Origin: an uncultured Candidatus Rokubacteria bacterium
GTDB taxonomy: Bacteria > Methylomirabilota > Methylomirabilia > Rokubacteriales > CSP1-6
Length of the DNA stretch: 64,000 bases
NCBI GenBank assembly: GCA_963771355.1
Contig: CAVYTA010000007.1
Coordinates: forward strand, 384,001 to 448,000
Reading direction: 5' to 3'
Below the pieces are notes generated by a model, which was not told the DNA's origin, did not search any database, and was given only the letters and a program-made list of their open reading frames with translations. The position numbers and the translations under genes were made by a program. Numbering within the stretch: the stretch's first letter is position 1; the number at the start of each line of letters is the position of its first letter. Below are positions 54,105-64,000 of the stretch, one piece after another.

Positions 54105-54425
54105 ATGCGTGCACCCCGGCTTCTCTCGCTCCTGCTCTCCCTGGTGCTGCTTACCGGCTTCGTGACCGCGCCGGCCGTCGCCCAGCCCTTGGCACCGCCG
54201 CCGTCGGAAGCCGCGCACGTCGCCGCGGGATTCGCCAACGTGTTCTACGTGCCCGGTAAGGCCCTCACCTGCGCGGGCAGCGCGGTCCTCTGGGTGGTGA
54301 TCCTCGGTGTCTCCTTCGGCACCCTCTACGAGGACGCCACCCACATCGCTGCGGGCGGCTGCGGCGGCAAGTGGACAGTGCACGGCCGAGACCTCCAGCC
54401 CGCGCTCCAGGCCGCGGCCCCCTGA
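54105..54425 (+). CDS. Small exported/membrane hypothetical protein
   Basis: GGAGG SD, signal peptide, hydrophobic core with two Cys. Confidence 0.7.
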   Translation: MRAPRLLSLLLSLVLLTGFVTAPAVAQPLAPPPSEAAHVAAGFANVFYVPGKALTCAGSAVLWVVILGVSFGTLYEDATHIAAGGCGGKWTVHGRDLQPALQAAAP

Positions 54426-54462
54426 CCGGACACCTCGGCGCTCGCCGACCCGTTCTCCGCGC

Positions 54463-55899
54463 TCAGTATTCCGCCAGCAGGCGATCTACCATCGCCTTGG
54501 CGGAGGTCCAGTCGAAGGAGCGGAACATGCGGCGGTTCACCACGGGCTGCGCCGCGGAGTAGAACATCTCGTACTGGAGCTGGCGGCCGCCGTACTCGGT
54601 GCCGATGAGGTCCCAGATCAGCCGGAGCAGCTTGACGCGCTCGCGCGCGGGAGCCGCCGTCGACTGGTAGTAGCGCTCGGTGTTGGCGCGCGTCTCGGGC
54701 GCGAAGAAGCTCGCTTCGGACGACGGCAGGTGCTGGAAGGCGCCGCCGGCGAGCTCTCGGATGGTCCGATAGAGATCGACGATGACGCGGCGCTGCAGTC
54801 CCATCCCCGCATAGATGTACTGCGGGTGCGGCCTTGCGTAACCCTCGCTGATCAGGGGAAACCGCTCGGCCGCCTTCACGAGCCCGTCGAAGGCGGCGCA
54901 GAAGGTGGCGATCTCGCCGCCCAGCATGGCCTGGGTGGTGGGGTCGCCCTCGCCGCGGCCTACCTCCACGAGCTTCATCGCCAGACCGGCCATCAGCTCG
55001 AGCTTCACGCCGAAGCGCACCAGCGACTGGAAGTTGGCAGTGGTGTGAGCGGGCGACTCGTGGAACTGGGCGGTGACCAGCTCGACGTTCCGGTGGACGA
55101 ACACGTGCTCCCAGGGCACGAACACGTCGTCGAAGACGACGGTGGTGTCGACCTCGTCGAAGCGCGCGGAGAGCGGATAGTCGTACACGCTGGTCGCGAG
55201 GGTCGCATACGGGCGGCGGGGGAGGAGACGAAGGCCCTCGGCATTCACCGGCACCACCAGCGAGATCGCGTAGTCCTGATCGCCGGGTGCCAGCGGCGTG
55301 ATGTAGCTCACGTAAAGCCAGTTCGCCATGGTCACCGAGGTCGCGATGGAGTGGGCGCCCCGGATCACGATCCCGGCGTCCGTCTCCTTGACGACGCCCG
55401 TGTGCAGGAACGGCTCGGGATGCTGGTTTGCCGGCGTCGATCGGTCGATCTGAGGGGGCACGATGGCGTAGGCGACGTAGAGATCCTCGTCGCGCGCCTT
55501 CTCGTAGAAGCGCACGACGTTGTCGCCGAATTGCCGCCCGCCGCGGTCGAAGAGCTGGCGCCAGCCGGCGAACCCGGTCAGCACCGAGGCGACGTGATCG
55601 GGTGTGCGGCCCATGAGCCCGTAGGAGCCTTCCGCCCAGAACCGGTGAACCGCGCGCCGGCGCCCGAGATCCTCGGCCGAGCGAGGGATGAGCCACATCG
55701 CGCCGATGCGGCGGCCGCTGGCGGGATCGACACAGGTGGTCGTGTCGGGTGAGCCGCCGGCGGCATCGTATCGCTCGGCGATGCGCCGGATCGACTCCGA
55801 GAAGGCCGGGTGCGCCGCTACATCAGCGACCCGCTCCCCGTCGAGAAAGATCGCGCGGCCGTCCCGGAGGCTCGCCAGGTACTCGCTCGCCGAGCGCAT
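54463..55899 (-). CDS. 4-hydroxyphenylacetate 3-hydroxylase family flavin monooxygenase (HpaB-like)
   Basis: YLASLRDGR, MGRTPDH, YPLSARFDE, GRQLQYEMFY. Confidence 0.9.
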   Translation of the reverse strand: MRSASEYLASLRDGRAIFLDGERVADVAAHPAFSESIRRIAERYDAAGGSPDTTTCVDPASGRRIGAMWLIPRSAEDLGRRRAVHRFWAEGSYGLMGRTPDHVASVLTGFAGWRQLFDRGGRQFGDNVVRFYEKARDEDLYVAYAIVPPQIDRSTPANQHPEPFLHTGVVKETDAGIVIRGAHSIATSVTMANWLYVSYITPLAPGDQDYAISLVVPVNAEGLRLLPRRPYATLATSVYDYPLSARFDEVDTTVVFDDVFVPWEHVFVHRNVELVTAQFHESPAHTTANFQSLVRFGVKLELMAGLAMKLVEVGRGEGDPTTQAMLGGEIATFCAAFDGLVKAAERFPLISEGYARPHPQYIYAGMGLQRRVIVDLYRTIRELAGGAFQHLPSSEASFFAPETRANTERYYQSTAAPARERVKLLRLIWDLIGTEYGGRQLQYEMFYSAAQPVVNRRMFRSFDWTSAKAMVDRLLAEY

Positions 55900-56014
55900 G
55901 ACGAGACCCTCGCACACACCATGGGACGCGGGCAAGGGGACCGAGGGCGCCGAGTGTTGATCGGGGTGATACGGTAGGATTCCTACAAGCATTCCTACAC
56001 CAGGAGGGCAAAGC

Positions 56015-56911
56015 ATGGAGCGCAAGGCGGGGGGCGAGTTCAACCAGGAGCTGCTCAACCTCTTCGACCTGTACGTGCACGGGGACATCGACCGGCGCGG
56101 ATTCCTCGACCGGGCGGCGAAGTTCGCGGTCGGCGGGGTCACCGCGGCCATGCTGCTCGATTCGCTGAGTCCCCGGTTCGCGGAGGCGCAGCAGGTCGCG
56201 AAGGACGACAAGCGGCTCCGGATCGAGTGGATCGACTACGAGTCCCCGCAGGGGACGGGCAAGGTCCGGGCCTATCTGGCGAGGCCCGAGGCGGTCACCG
56301 GGAAGCTCCCGGGCGTCCTCGTCGTCCACGAGAATCGTGGCCTGAACCCGCACATCGAGGACATCACGCGCCGCCTCGCGCTGGAGAATTTCGTGACGCT
56401 GGCGCCGGATGCGCTGACCCCGCTGGGCGGGTATCCGGGCGACGAGGACAAGGCGCGGGAGGCGTTCGCCAAGCTCGACCAGACGAAGACGCGTGAGGAT
56501 TTCGTGGCGGCCGCGGGAGTCCTCAAGAGCCGGCCCGAATGCACGGGGAAGATCGGCACCGTGGGCTTCTGCTATGGCGGCGCCATCGCAAACATGCTGG
56601 CCACCCGGCTGCCCGATATCGGCGCCGCGGTACCGTTCTACGGGACGCAGCCCACCGCGGCCGAGGCCGCGCGGATCAAGGCGCCGCTGCTGATCCACTA
56701 CGCGGACAACGACGACCGGGTCAACTCAGGCTGGCCGGCATACGAGGCCGCGCTCAAGGCAAGCAATGTGCCGTACACGATGTACCGCTATCCGGGCACG
56801 CAGCACGGCTTCAACAACGACACCACGCCGCGCTACGATCGGGCCGCCGCCGCGCTCGCATGGCAGCGCACGGTCGACTTCCTGAACAAGAACCTGCGCG
56901 CGGCGGGGTAG
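56015..56911 (+). CDS. Dienelactone hydrolase family (YghX-like)
   Basis: HENRGLN, GFCYGG, HGFNNDTTPRY. Confidence 0.92.
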   Translation: MERKAGGEFNQELLNLFDLYVHGDIDRRGFLDRAAKFAVGGVTAAMLLDSLSPRFAEAQQVAKDDKRLRIEWIDYESPQGTGKVRAYLARPEAVTGKLPGVLVVHENRGLNPHIEDITRRLALENFVTLAPDALTPLGGYPGDEDKAREAFAKLDQTKTREDFVAAAGVLKSRPECTGKIGTVGFCYGGAIANMLATRLPDIGAAVPFYGTQPTAAEAARIKAPLLIHYADNDDRVNSGWPAYEAALKASNVPYTMYRYPGTQHGFNNDTTPRYDRAAAALAWQRTVDFLNKNLRAAG

Positions 56912-56918
56912 GGGTGCG

Positions 56919-58181
56919 CTACCGCCAGGCCTGCTCCAGCGGCCTCCCCGGGCGCCGGAGCAGGCCCACCGCGATGCCGATGTTCAGCAGGTTCCAGAGG
57001 ATGCCGTTCACGAAGGCGGTGTGGTAGGACCCGGTCAGGTCGAAGATCACGCCGGACATCCACCCGCCGAGAGCCATGCCGAACACGGTGGCCATGATCA
57101 CCGTGGCCACGCGGACGCCCGCCTCCTCCGGGGGAAAGAACTCCCGGATGATGACCGCGTAGGCGGGGACGATCCCGCCCTGGAAGAGGCCGAACAGCGC
57201 CGAGAGCGCGTAGAGCGCGGGGAGATTGTCGAAGGGCAGGAAGAGTACCAGCGCCAGCGCCTGCAGGCTCGAGCCCAGCAGGAGCGTGCGCCGTCCGCCG
57301 ATCTGGTCACAGACCCAGCCCGAGGCGAGGCGGCTCACGATGCCGAAGCCCAGCATGAAGGAGAGCATCTGCGCGCCCCGCGCCGCCCCATAGCCCAGGT
57401 CGGCGCAATAGGCCACGATGTGGACCTGCGGCATCGACATGGCGACGCAGCAGCTGAGGCCGGCGATGATCAGCACCGTCTGCAGCGCGGCGGGCGACAT
57501 GCCGAGGGGCCGCGAGACCCGGGCCCCGACGTGGGACGTCCCGGAGGACGTCTCGACCAGCGGGGACCGCCGGCGCAGAATCAGCGCGAGCGGCAACATC
57601 GTCGCTACGCAGAAGACGGCGATGCCGAGGAAGGTGTGGCGCCATCCGACGCTCTGGATGAAATGCTGGACCACCGGCGGCCACGCGGTGCCGGCGAGGT
57701 AGCTGCCGCTGGCGATGATGGCCACGGCCATGCCGCGACGGCGGGTGAACCAGAGCGAGGTATCGGCGATCACCGGCGCGAATGTGGCCGAGCTGCCGAA
57801 CCCCACGAACAGGCCCTGCGCGAGCACGAACTGCCAGAGGCTCGTCGCCTGACTGGCCAGGGCATACCCGAGCGCGAGGAAGACGGTTCCGCCGGCGACG
57901 GGGGTGAGGATGCCGAAGCGATCGGACAGGCGCCCCATGATGATGCCGCCCAGCCCGAAGCAGATCATGGTCACGGTGTAGGGCAGCGACGCAGCGGAGC
58001 GTGCCACCCCGAACTCCGCCTGGATCGCCGGAAGGGCCACGATCACCGACCACATGCCCACCCCGCCGATCCCCGACAGCAGCAGCGCGGCGGCGAGCCG
58101 GGTCCATGCGTACGGAGACTCCGGCACACCACGGGAAGCGGTCTCCGCGGAGCTGCCGGCGTCGCTGACGGGCTCGAACAT
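56919..58181 (-). CDS. MFS transporter
   Basis: About 12 TMs, GRLSDRFG, WFTRRRG. Confidence 0.9.
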   Translation of the reverse strand: MFEPVSDAGSSAETASRGVPESPYAWTRLAAALLLSGIGGVGMWSVIVALPAIQAEFGVARSAASLPYTVTMICFGLGGIIMGRLSDRFGILTPVAGGTVFLALGYALASQATSLWQFVLAQGLFVGFGSSATFAPVIADTSLWFTRRRGMAVAIIASGSYLAGTAWPPVVQHFIQSVGWRHTFLGIAVFCVATMLPLALILRRRSPLVETSSGTSHVGARVSRPLGMSPAALQTVLIIAGLSCCVAMSMPQVHIVAYCADLGYGAARGAQMLSFMLGFGIVSRLASGWVCDQIGGRRTLLLGSSLQALALVLFLPFDNLPALYALSALFGLFQGGIVPAYAVIIREFFPPEEAGVRVATVIMATVFGMALGGWMSGVIFDLTGSYHTAFVNGILWNLLNIGIAVGLLRRPGRPLEQAWR

Positions 58182-58300
58182 GATGACGGTGTTCAGTATC
58201 AGGGATGCGCGATGCTTTGTGATCAGCCAATTCCCCGTGGTTTTGGACGGCATTGGGAGCGGGCCGGCACGGTGGGGGTGGTAGAGTAGGCGCCCACACG

Positions 58301-59300
58301 ATGCGCACGATCGACATCCACGCGCACCTGGTGCCGCAATCGCTCTGGCGGGCCGCGGACGCCGGCAAGGAGTGGCACGGGTTCCGCCATGAGCCCGGCG
58401 AGGGCGTCGGGGTCTTCGTCGGCGGCGGCAAGCGGCACGGCTTCGTGTCGCCCAAGGTGCGCTTCACGGCGGAGGAGCGCCTCCAGGACATGGACGCGCA
58501 GGGCGTGGACGTCCAGGTCATCTCGATTCACACGCCATTCTTCGGCTATCACCTCGATGTCCGCCGAGGGGCAGGCGCTGGCCCGGGAAGTCAACGACGA
58601 GATCGCGGCCATGGTGCGCCAGTGGCCGCGACGCTTCGCGGGCCTCGCCACGCTCCCGATGCAGAACGTGAACGCCGCCATCGCCGAGCTGGAGCGCGCG
58701 GTCACGGTGCTCGGGCTCAAGGGCGCCGAGCTCGATACGGTGGTGAATGGCGAGAACTGGGACGAGCCCAGGTTCCTCGACTTCTTCAAGGCGGCGGAGG
58801 CGATGGGGGCCGTCCTCTTCTACCACCCGCAACCGTTCCACAACTTCATGGTGGAGCGCGCGGGGCGCTACGGGCTCAACAATAGCCTCGGCGTCATCGT
58901 GGAGGACGCGATCGTCGTCGCGGTCCTGATCTTCGGCGGCGTGCTGGAAGCCTGTCCGCGCCTCAAGGTGTGCGTCGCCCACGGCGGCGGGCCGGCGTGC
59001 TACGCGATGGGCCGGCTGGATCGCGGTTGGCAGACGCGCCCCGACGCGCAGCGGCGCATTCCCCAGCCGCCCAGCGCGTATCAGCGCCGGCTCTACTACG
59101 ACAGCGTGGTGGGGAGCGAGGCGGCCCTCCGCTTTCTGCTCGACCAGGTCGGCGCGGACCGCGTGGTCCTCGGCAGCGATTGGCCCTTCGTGCCCTGGCA
59201 TCCGTCGCCGGTCGCCTGGGTCCAGGGCCTCGCCACCCTCACGGCGGAGGAGAAGGAGCGGATCCTCTGGCGAAACGTGGAGGGGTTGCTGGGGCTATAG
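58301..59300 (+). CDS. Amidohydrolase family (ACMSD-like); frameshift near 58560
   Basis: IDIHAH, AHGGG, GSDWPF across two frames. Confidence 0.85.
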
Positions 59301-59336
59301 CCCCGCTCGGCCTCCTTCGAAGCGAGGCGCGCCGGC

Positions 59337-59802
59337 CTATTTGGCCAGCGCCTCGCGCATCCGGGCCAGCGCCGAGCCGTACACGTGCTCAGGGCGCAGC
59401 ACCATCGCGACCCGCTTGTCGGCCTCCGCGATGCGGTCGTATTCGTCCCAGTCCTTGCTCCGGCGCTTCGTGGTGGCGCTGAAGATGTGGCGGCGCGCCA
59501 GGCGAAGCGCGTCAGGATCGGCATTGCCCGGAGTGGGTGAGCTCCGCTTTGCCCTCGAAGACCAGGAACCCGGACCACCAGTCGGCGTGTGAGATCAACA
59601 CCGAGCAGCGAGGGTCTCGAAGCAGGTTCTTGAACTTCATCCGGTTCTCGGTGATGGAGATCCCCACGCCCCCGTCTCGCGGGTAGACGGTGACGATGCT
59701 GAGCTGGGGCATGCCGCTCCGTCGGAACGACGTCAGAACGCCCTGCGGGTTGTCGTGGATGAACTGCTCGATCTGCGGCGCCAGGGGAGCGTGCGTCGGC
59801 AT
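59337..59802 (-). CDS. PPOX-class (pyridoxamine oxidase-like) protein; frameshifted
   Basis: KFKNLLRDPRCSV; C-terminus DWDEYDRIAEADKRVAMVLRPE lies in another frame. Confidence 0.75.
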
Positions 59803-60166
59803 CGGGGCCTCCTCCGTGAGGTGGGGTCAGGTCTCGGCTCTTCCGGTGCGGCATTGTCGTTCGGCCTGGCCCGGCCGGTCAACGCCGACGAGATCGAACG
59901 GGCGCCGACCGGGCAGATGCGGCCGCGCAGTTTCCGATCCGAACAGAAGGGCCAACTTGCCCCAAACTTGCCCCGAACCATCGAGGACGGAGAGAGACTA
60001 CGGGCAGGAATGTCGGAGACGAGCGGCGACCGGCAAGTTCTGGATGTAGCGCTACTGTCATTTCCAGAGGTCGCGGGTTCAATTCCGGTCGAGGCCGCCA
60101 ATCAATGACAAACGTCTCGCTTGTCGTCGTTCGATCATGCCCGTGGTTCTTGGCACGAGCTGACGC

Positions 60167-61353
60167 TCATCCCCACCGGGGCTGCGCGTCGGGATCGATC
60201 CCGAGGGTCAGCTTGGCGACGATCTCGTGGGTCAGGGCGGAGTTGGCCGGATGGATGCGGCTGAGACGGGCGTCACGGAACAGGCGCTCGATGCCGGAGG
60301 CGGCGAAGATGCCGTAGCCCCCGGCGAGATCGAGCGCGGTGTCCACCACCTTCCACACCACCTCGGCCGTCCGGTGCTTCGTGGCCACGATCTTCAGCGG
60401 CCACGCGCCGCCGTGGTCCACCCCCTGGGTCCAGTCGTCGGCGAGGCGATCGATCTGGGGGCCGATCCCCTCCAGCTCGATCACCATGTCCGCGACGGCG
60501 TGCTGCACCTCAGGGTGGTGGATCAGCGACGCCGCTGGAGATTGCGATCGAGGTCTTCGTTTTGAGGTTGTCGACCGTCAGGTCGAGCACGTGGCGGGCG
60601 AGTCCATAGTAGACGTTCGCGAAGCCGGTCAGCGCCCAGGCGAAGATGGCCAGGATGAACAGGTCGGCGCCGGCGAACCCGGGGGGAACCACGCGCGCGA
60701 TGTACCGGTCGGCCACGAAGGCCCCCTGGAGCGCGGTGTCCTGGCTGGCGGTGGCGCGCATCCCGAGGACGTCCCAGGTCTCCTTGATCGAGTACCCCTC
60801 GGTCGCCCGCGGCATGAAGGCGTGCACGATCTTCGGCGCGGCCGGATCGCTCGAGTCCATCCCGTGCAGGCCGAGGTAGGTCCAGACCGGCGTGAGGCTG
60901 CCGAAGGACTTGTGTCCGGTGAACCGGTAGCCGCCGGCGACGCGCTCCGCCTTCGTCGTGGACAGAAACAGCGGCATATCGTTTCCACGCTCGGCGTGGC
61001 CCGCCGCGAACACCTCCCCGTCGATGGCGCCGCGTCAGCATCCACTCGAGCGAGCGGTCTCCTGCTCGCCAGAGGTCCGCGGCGACTCCGACCCAGTACA
61101 CGTGCATGTTCATCGCCAGCGCGGTGGCATGCGCGTAGTAACCGAGCCGGCGCTGCTCGCGCATGCATTCCGCGAAGGTGAAACCCCGCCCCCCCAGCTC
61201 GCGCGGCGCGGCGATGGCGAGATAGCCCGCCTGGCGGAGCTCGTCAAAGTCCTCTTGGAAGAAGCGGTTGTCCCGGTCGTAGCCGGGCGCGCGCTCCCGG
61301 AACCGCTGGAGCATCGCCTCGGACAGGAGCGGGGACGCGGTTGGTGCGGGCAT
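60167..61353 (-). CDS. Acyl-CoA dehydrogenase family; two or more frameshifts
   Basis: APRELGGRG, GHKSFGS, WDVLGMRATAS, ERLFRDAR across three frames. Confidence 0.85.
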
Positions 61354-61365
61354 GAGCGTCGCCTC

Positions 61366-64000
61366 CTATTCGGTCTCGTGCAGCCAGAAAGTCATGTTCA
61401 TCGCGCGGTAGAGGTCGCGTGCTGCCGCGACCGCTGACGCGGCAGAATCAGCGTCGCCCGTTCGCCGATGGAGGCGACCGAGGCCGTGGTGACAGTGCCC
61501 CTGGAGCGGTCGCATTCCGAGCTGCTCGGCGAGAGTGAGGGCCTTGCGGTAGCCCTCCTCGGCCCGGTCGAAGGCCGGCGCCTCGCGCTCGATCTCGATC
61601 GAGGCAAGGAGCCGGAGGGCATGCGCCTCGTGTCCACGCTCGTGGTGTTCCTGTGCGAGGTCGAGGGCCTTGGCCGCGAGCGGGAATGCGCTCTCGGGCC
61701 GCCCGGCCCTGACATGCGCCTCGGCGAGCCGCACCAGCCGGATCGACTGATTAGCCTTCAGTTTCATGGCCGCCGCCCGCTCGACCGACCCCTCGAGCAA
61801 CGGCAGCGCCTCAACTAGGCGGCCGGCGTGAGTGTATGCCGCTCCCAAAGCCGAGGCGACGAATGGCCACGCCCCCGTGCGGGGCTCACCCGCCTCGCGG
61901 GACACACCGCGCTCCAGGACGGCGACGGCGCGATCGAAGTCCCCTTTGGCCACGCAGACGTTGCCGAGGCCCGCGCACCCGAGGACGAAGCTAAAGCCCG
62001 GGTCCCCAATCTCGGCGATCTGGAGCGCCTCCTCACCGAGCGCCAGTCCCTCGTCGAATTCCCCCCGCTCGGCTAGGCACAGCGCCAGCCAGACCCGGGA
62101 GAGGACGGAGGGCAACGCGGCCATATTGTGGTAACGGTCCTGCAACAGGTCGCCGACGAGGAGCTCGACGTTCTTTCGCAGGTAGTCCACGGCTCGCGAA
62201 TACTGGCCGAGCGAGTGGTGGGCCTGACCGAGCCGGAAGTTGGCGATGACCCCGACAGCAAAGTTCCAACCGAACATGGCGGGGGACGCGGCTAGCTCCC
62301 GTTGGGCCGCCCTGACGGCATGCTCGTGGTCGCCCATCCACCAGGCCGCGCCTGGGTTGTCCCCGCCCGTGAAGAGGCTGACGTACCCGTCCAGGGTCGG
62401 CAGATCGCTGCCACGCAGGTAGGCCACGGCGCGGTCCCACACCTCTCCACGGAAGGCATGCAGGATGAGCCAGCTCGTCTGCTCCCCCGCACGCCCTGGA
62501 TACAAGGTCTCGAAAGCCCGAACGATCCGGGCGTGCAGAACGCGTCGACGCTCCTGGAGCAGACCGCCGTAGGCCACCTCCTGGGTCAGCGCGTGCTTGA
62601 ACGTGTACTCCAGCTCGGGGAAGAGGGCAGTTTCGTAGAGGAACTCGGAAGCCAGGAGCCGTGCGAGGCCATGCGCGAAGGGTCTCCTCCGAGGTGTCAC
62701 TGATGGCCTCCAGAATCGCGAACGGCACGTCCTTGCCGATCACGGCCGCCGTCTGGAGCAGCGTCTTATCCTCGGGAGAGAGGCGATCGATCCGTGCGGC
62801 GAGGATGGCCTGCACCGTGGCCGGCACCTGGATGGTGTCGAAGGGGCGCCCCAGTCGATAGCCGCCGCGTTCGCCGGCGAGCGCCCCAGTCTCCACGAGC
62901 GTTCGCACGCTCTCCTCGAGAAAGAACGGGATTCCCTCGGTGCGCTCGACCAGCAGGCGCTTGAGCGGCTCGAGGTCGTCGTCCTCGCCGAGCAGCGAGC
63001 GGAGCAACTCCTCCGCGCTCTCGGGCGGCAGGGGGTCGAGCCGGAGCTGGCTGTAGTAGGTCTTGCCTCCCCAGCCATGGCTGGTACTCGGGCCGGTAAT
63101 TGACCAGCAGGAGGATTCGCGCCGTCGGCAGGCTCTCGACCAGCGCGTCGAGCAGTCCCTGGGTCTCGGCATCCACCCAGTGGAGATCCTCGAACACCAG
63201 ACACAGCGGCTGGATCTGGCTCTCACGCAGCAGCATCCGCCGCACGCCGTCCACGGTCCGCCGGCGGCGTTGCGCCGGGATCGAGGGCATCCCATGCCGC
63301 GTCGTCGCTCGGCACCTCGAGGAGAGAGAGGAAGGCCGGCACCATCGCGCGAAACGACTCGTCGAGCGTCAGGAGCTTGCCCGTGACCTTCTCCCGTATG
63401 CTGCGCGCATCGTCACGCGCCTCGATCCGGAAGTAGCTCTTGCAGCAGATCGATGACGGGCAGATAGGCGCTGGCCTTGCCGTAAGAGAAGGAGCTCGAC
63501 TCGAGGACGAGCCAGTCCTGGGTCCGGTGTGAATGGATGAACTCCCAGAGCAAGCGCGACTTCCCCACCCCGGGCTCGCCCACCACGGCCACGATCTGCC
63601 CGTGACCCCCTGCCGCCTTGTCGAGAGCCTGGCGGAGATGGACGAGCTCCTGGCCGCGCCCCACGAAGCGGGTGAGCCCTCGCGCGGCCGCCGCCTGAAG
63701 GCGCGTGCGCGTCGCCGATGGCCCCGCCAGCTCGAAGACATCGACCGGGCGCCGCACAGCCCCTTGACCGGGATCGGGCCGATCGGGATCGACCTGGACG
63801 AACCCCTCGGCGAGCCGCAGCGTCTCGCCGGTCAGCCGCGATCGAGCCCGGGGTCGCGAGCTGCTCCATCCGCGCGGCGAGGTGCGTGGTCTGGCCCACC
63901 GCCGAGTAATCCATGCGCAGATCGCTCCCGATCGTCCGCACCACCACCTCGCCGGAGTTGAGGCCCACCCGGATCTGGACCTCGATGCCGTGGTCGCGCC
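61366..64000 (-). CDS. Class III adenylate/guanylate cyclase-AAA ATPase-TPR protein (partial, multiple frameshifts)
   Basis: GLNSGEVVV...THLAARMEQ, GEPGVGKSRL, FEDLHW, FKHALTQEVAY, C-terminal TPRs. Confidence 0.88.

Larger units (their letters stand above)
53221..60100. mobile_element. Degenerate genomic islet at tRNA-Asp
   Basis: The tRNA 3' half (53221-53266) recurs with about 4 differences at 60054-60100. Confidence 0.65.

Noticed and set aside
60040..60100. Third tRNA gene
   Set aside because: Only the 3' half is present; no D-arm or matching acceptor 5' strand

Overview
Very GC-rich (~70%) chromosomal window from a diderm bacterium (TonB system, OmpA lipoprotein, sigma54 system). The gene repertoire is reminiscent of Candidatus Rokubacteria/Methylomirabilota, but that is an impression, not a search result. 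Contents in order: (1) a RAPP-ending leader ORF followed by tonB, a TonB-dependent receptor and an Asp-box protein, a candidate metal-sensing ribosome-arrest system; (2) a GntR gene with a palindromic operator; (3) an ECF sigma/anti-sigma/DUF4139/TPR cluster carrying two matching sigmaE-type promoters; (4) an aldehyde:ferredoxin oxidoreductase and an Lhr helicase; (5) tRNA-Val with an integrase remnant on its 5' side and a 3.9-kb integrase-less islet on its 3' side; (6) assorted hydrolases, YcaQ and a sugar ABC system; (7) an NtrC-type regulator, kinase and lipoprotein with two sigma54 promoters sharing an upstream palindrome; (8) a Liv-type ABC/FAD oxidase/dehydratase/GntR catabolic operon; (9) two long hairpins with unrelated stems but an identical core; (10) a Rieske oxygenase; (11) tRNA-Asp with a second, degenerate islet; (12) frameshifted acyl-CoA dehydrogenase and cyclase-ATPase genes. 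The many single-base frameshifts probably include sequencing errors. No CRISPR array, rRNA or intact prophage was seen. All family calls come from motif recognition by eye.
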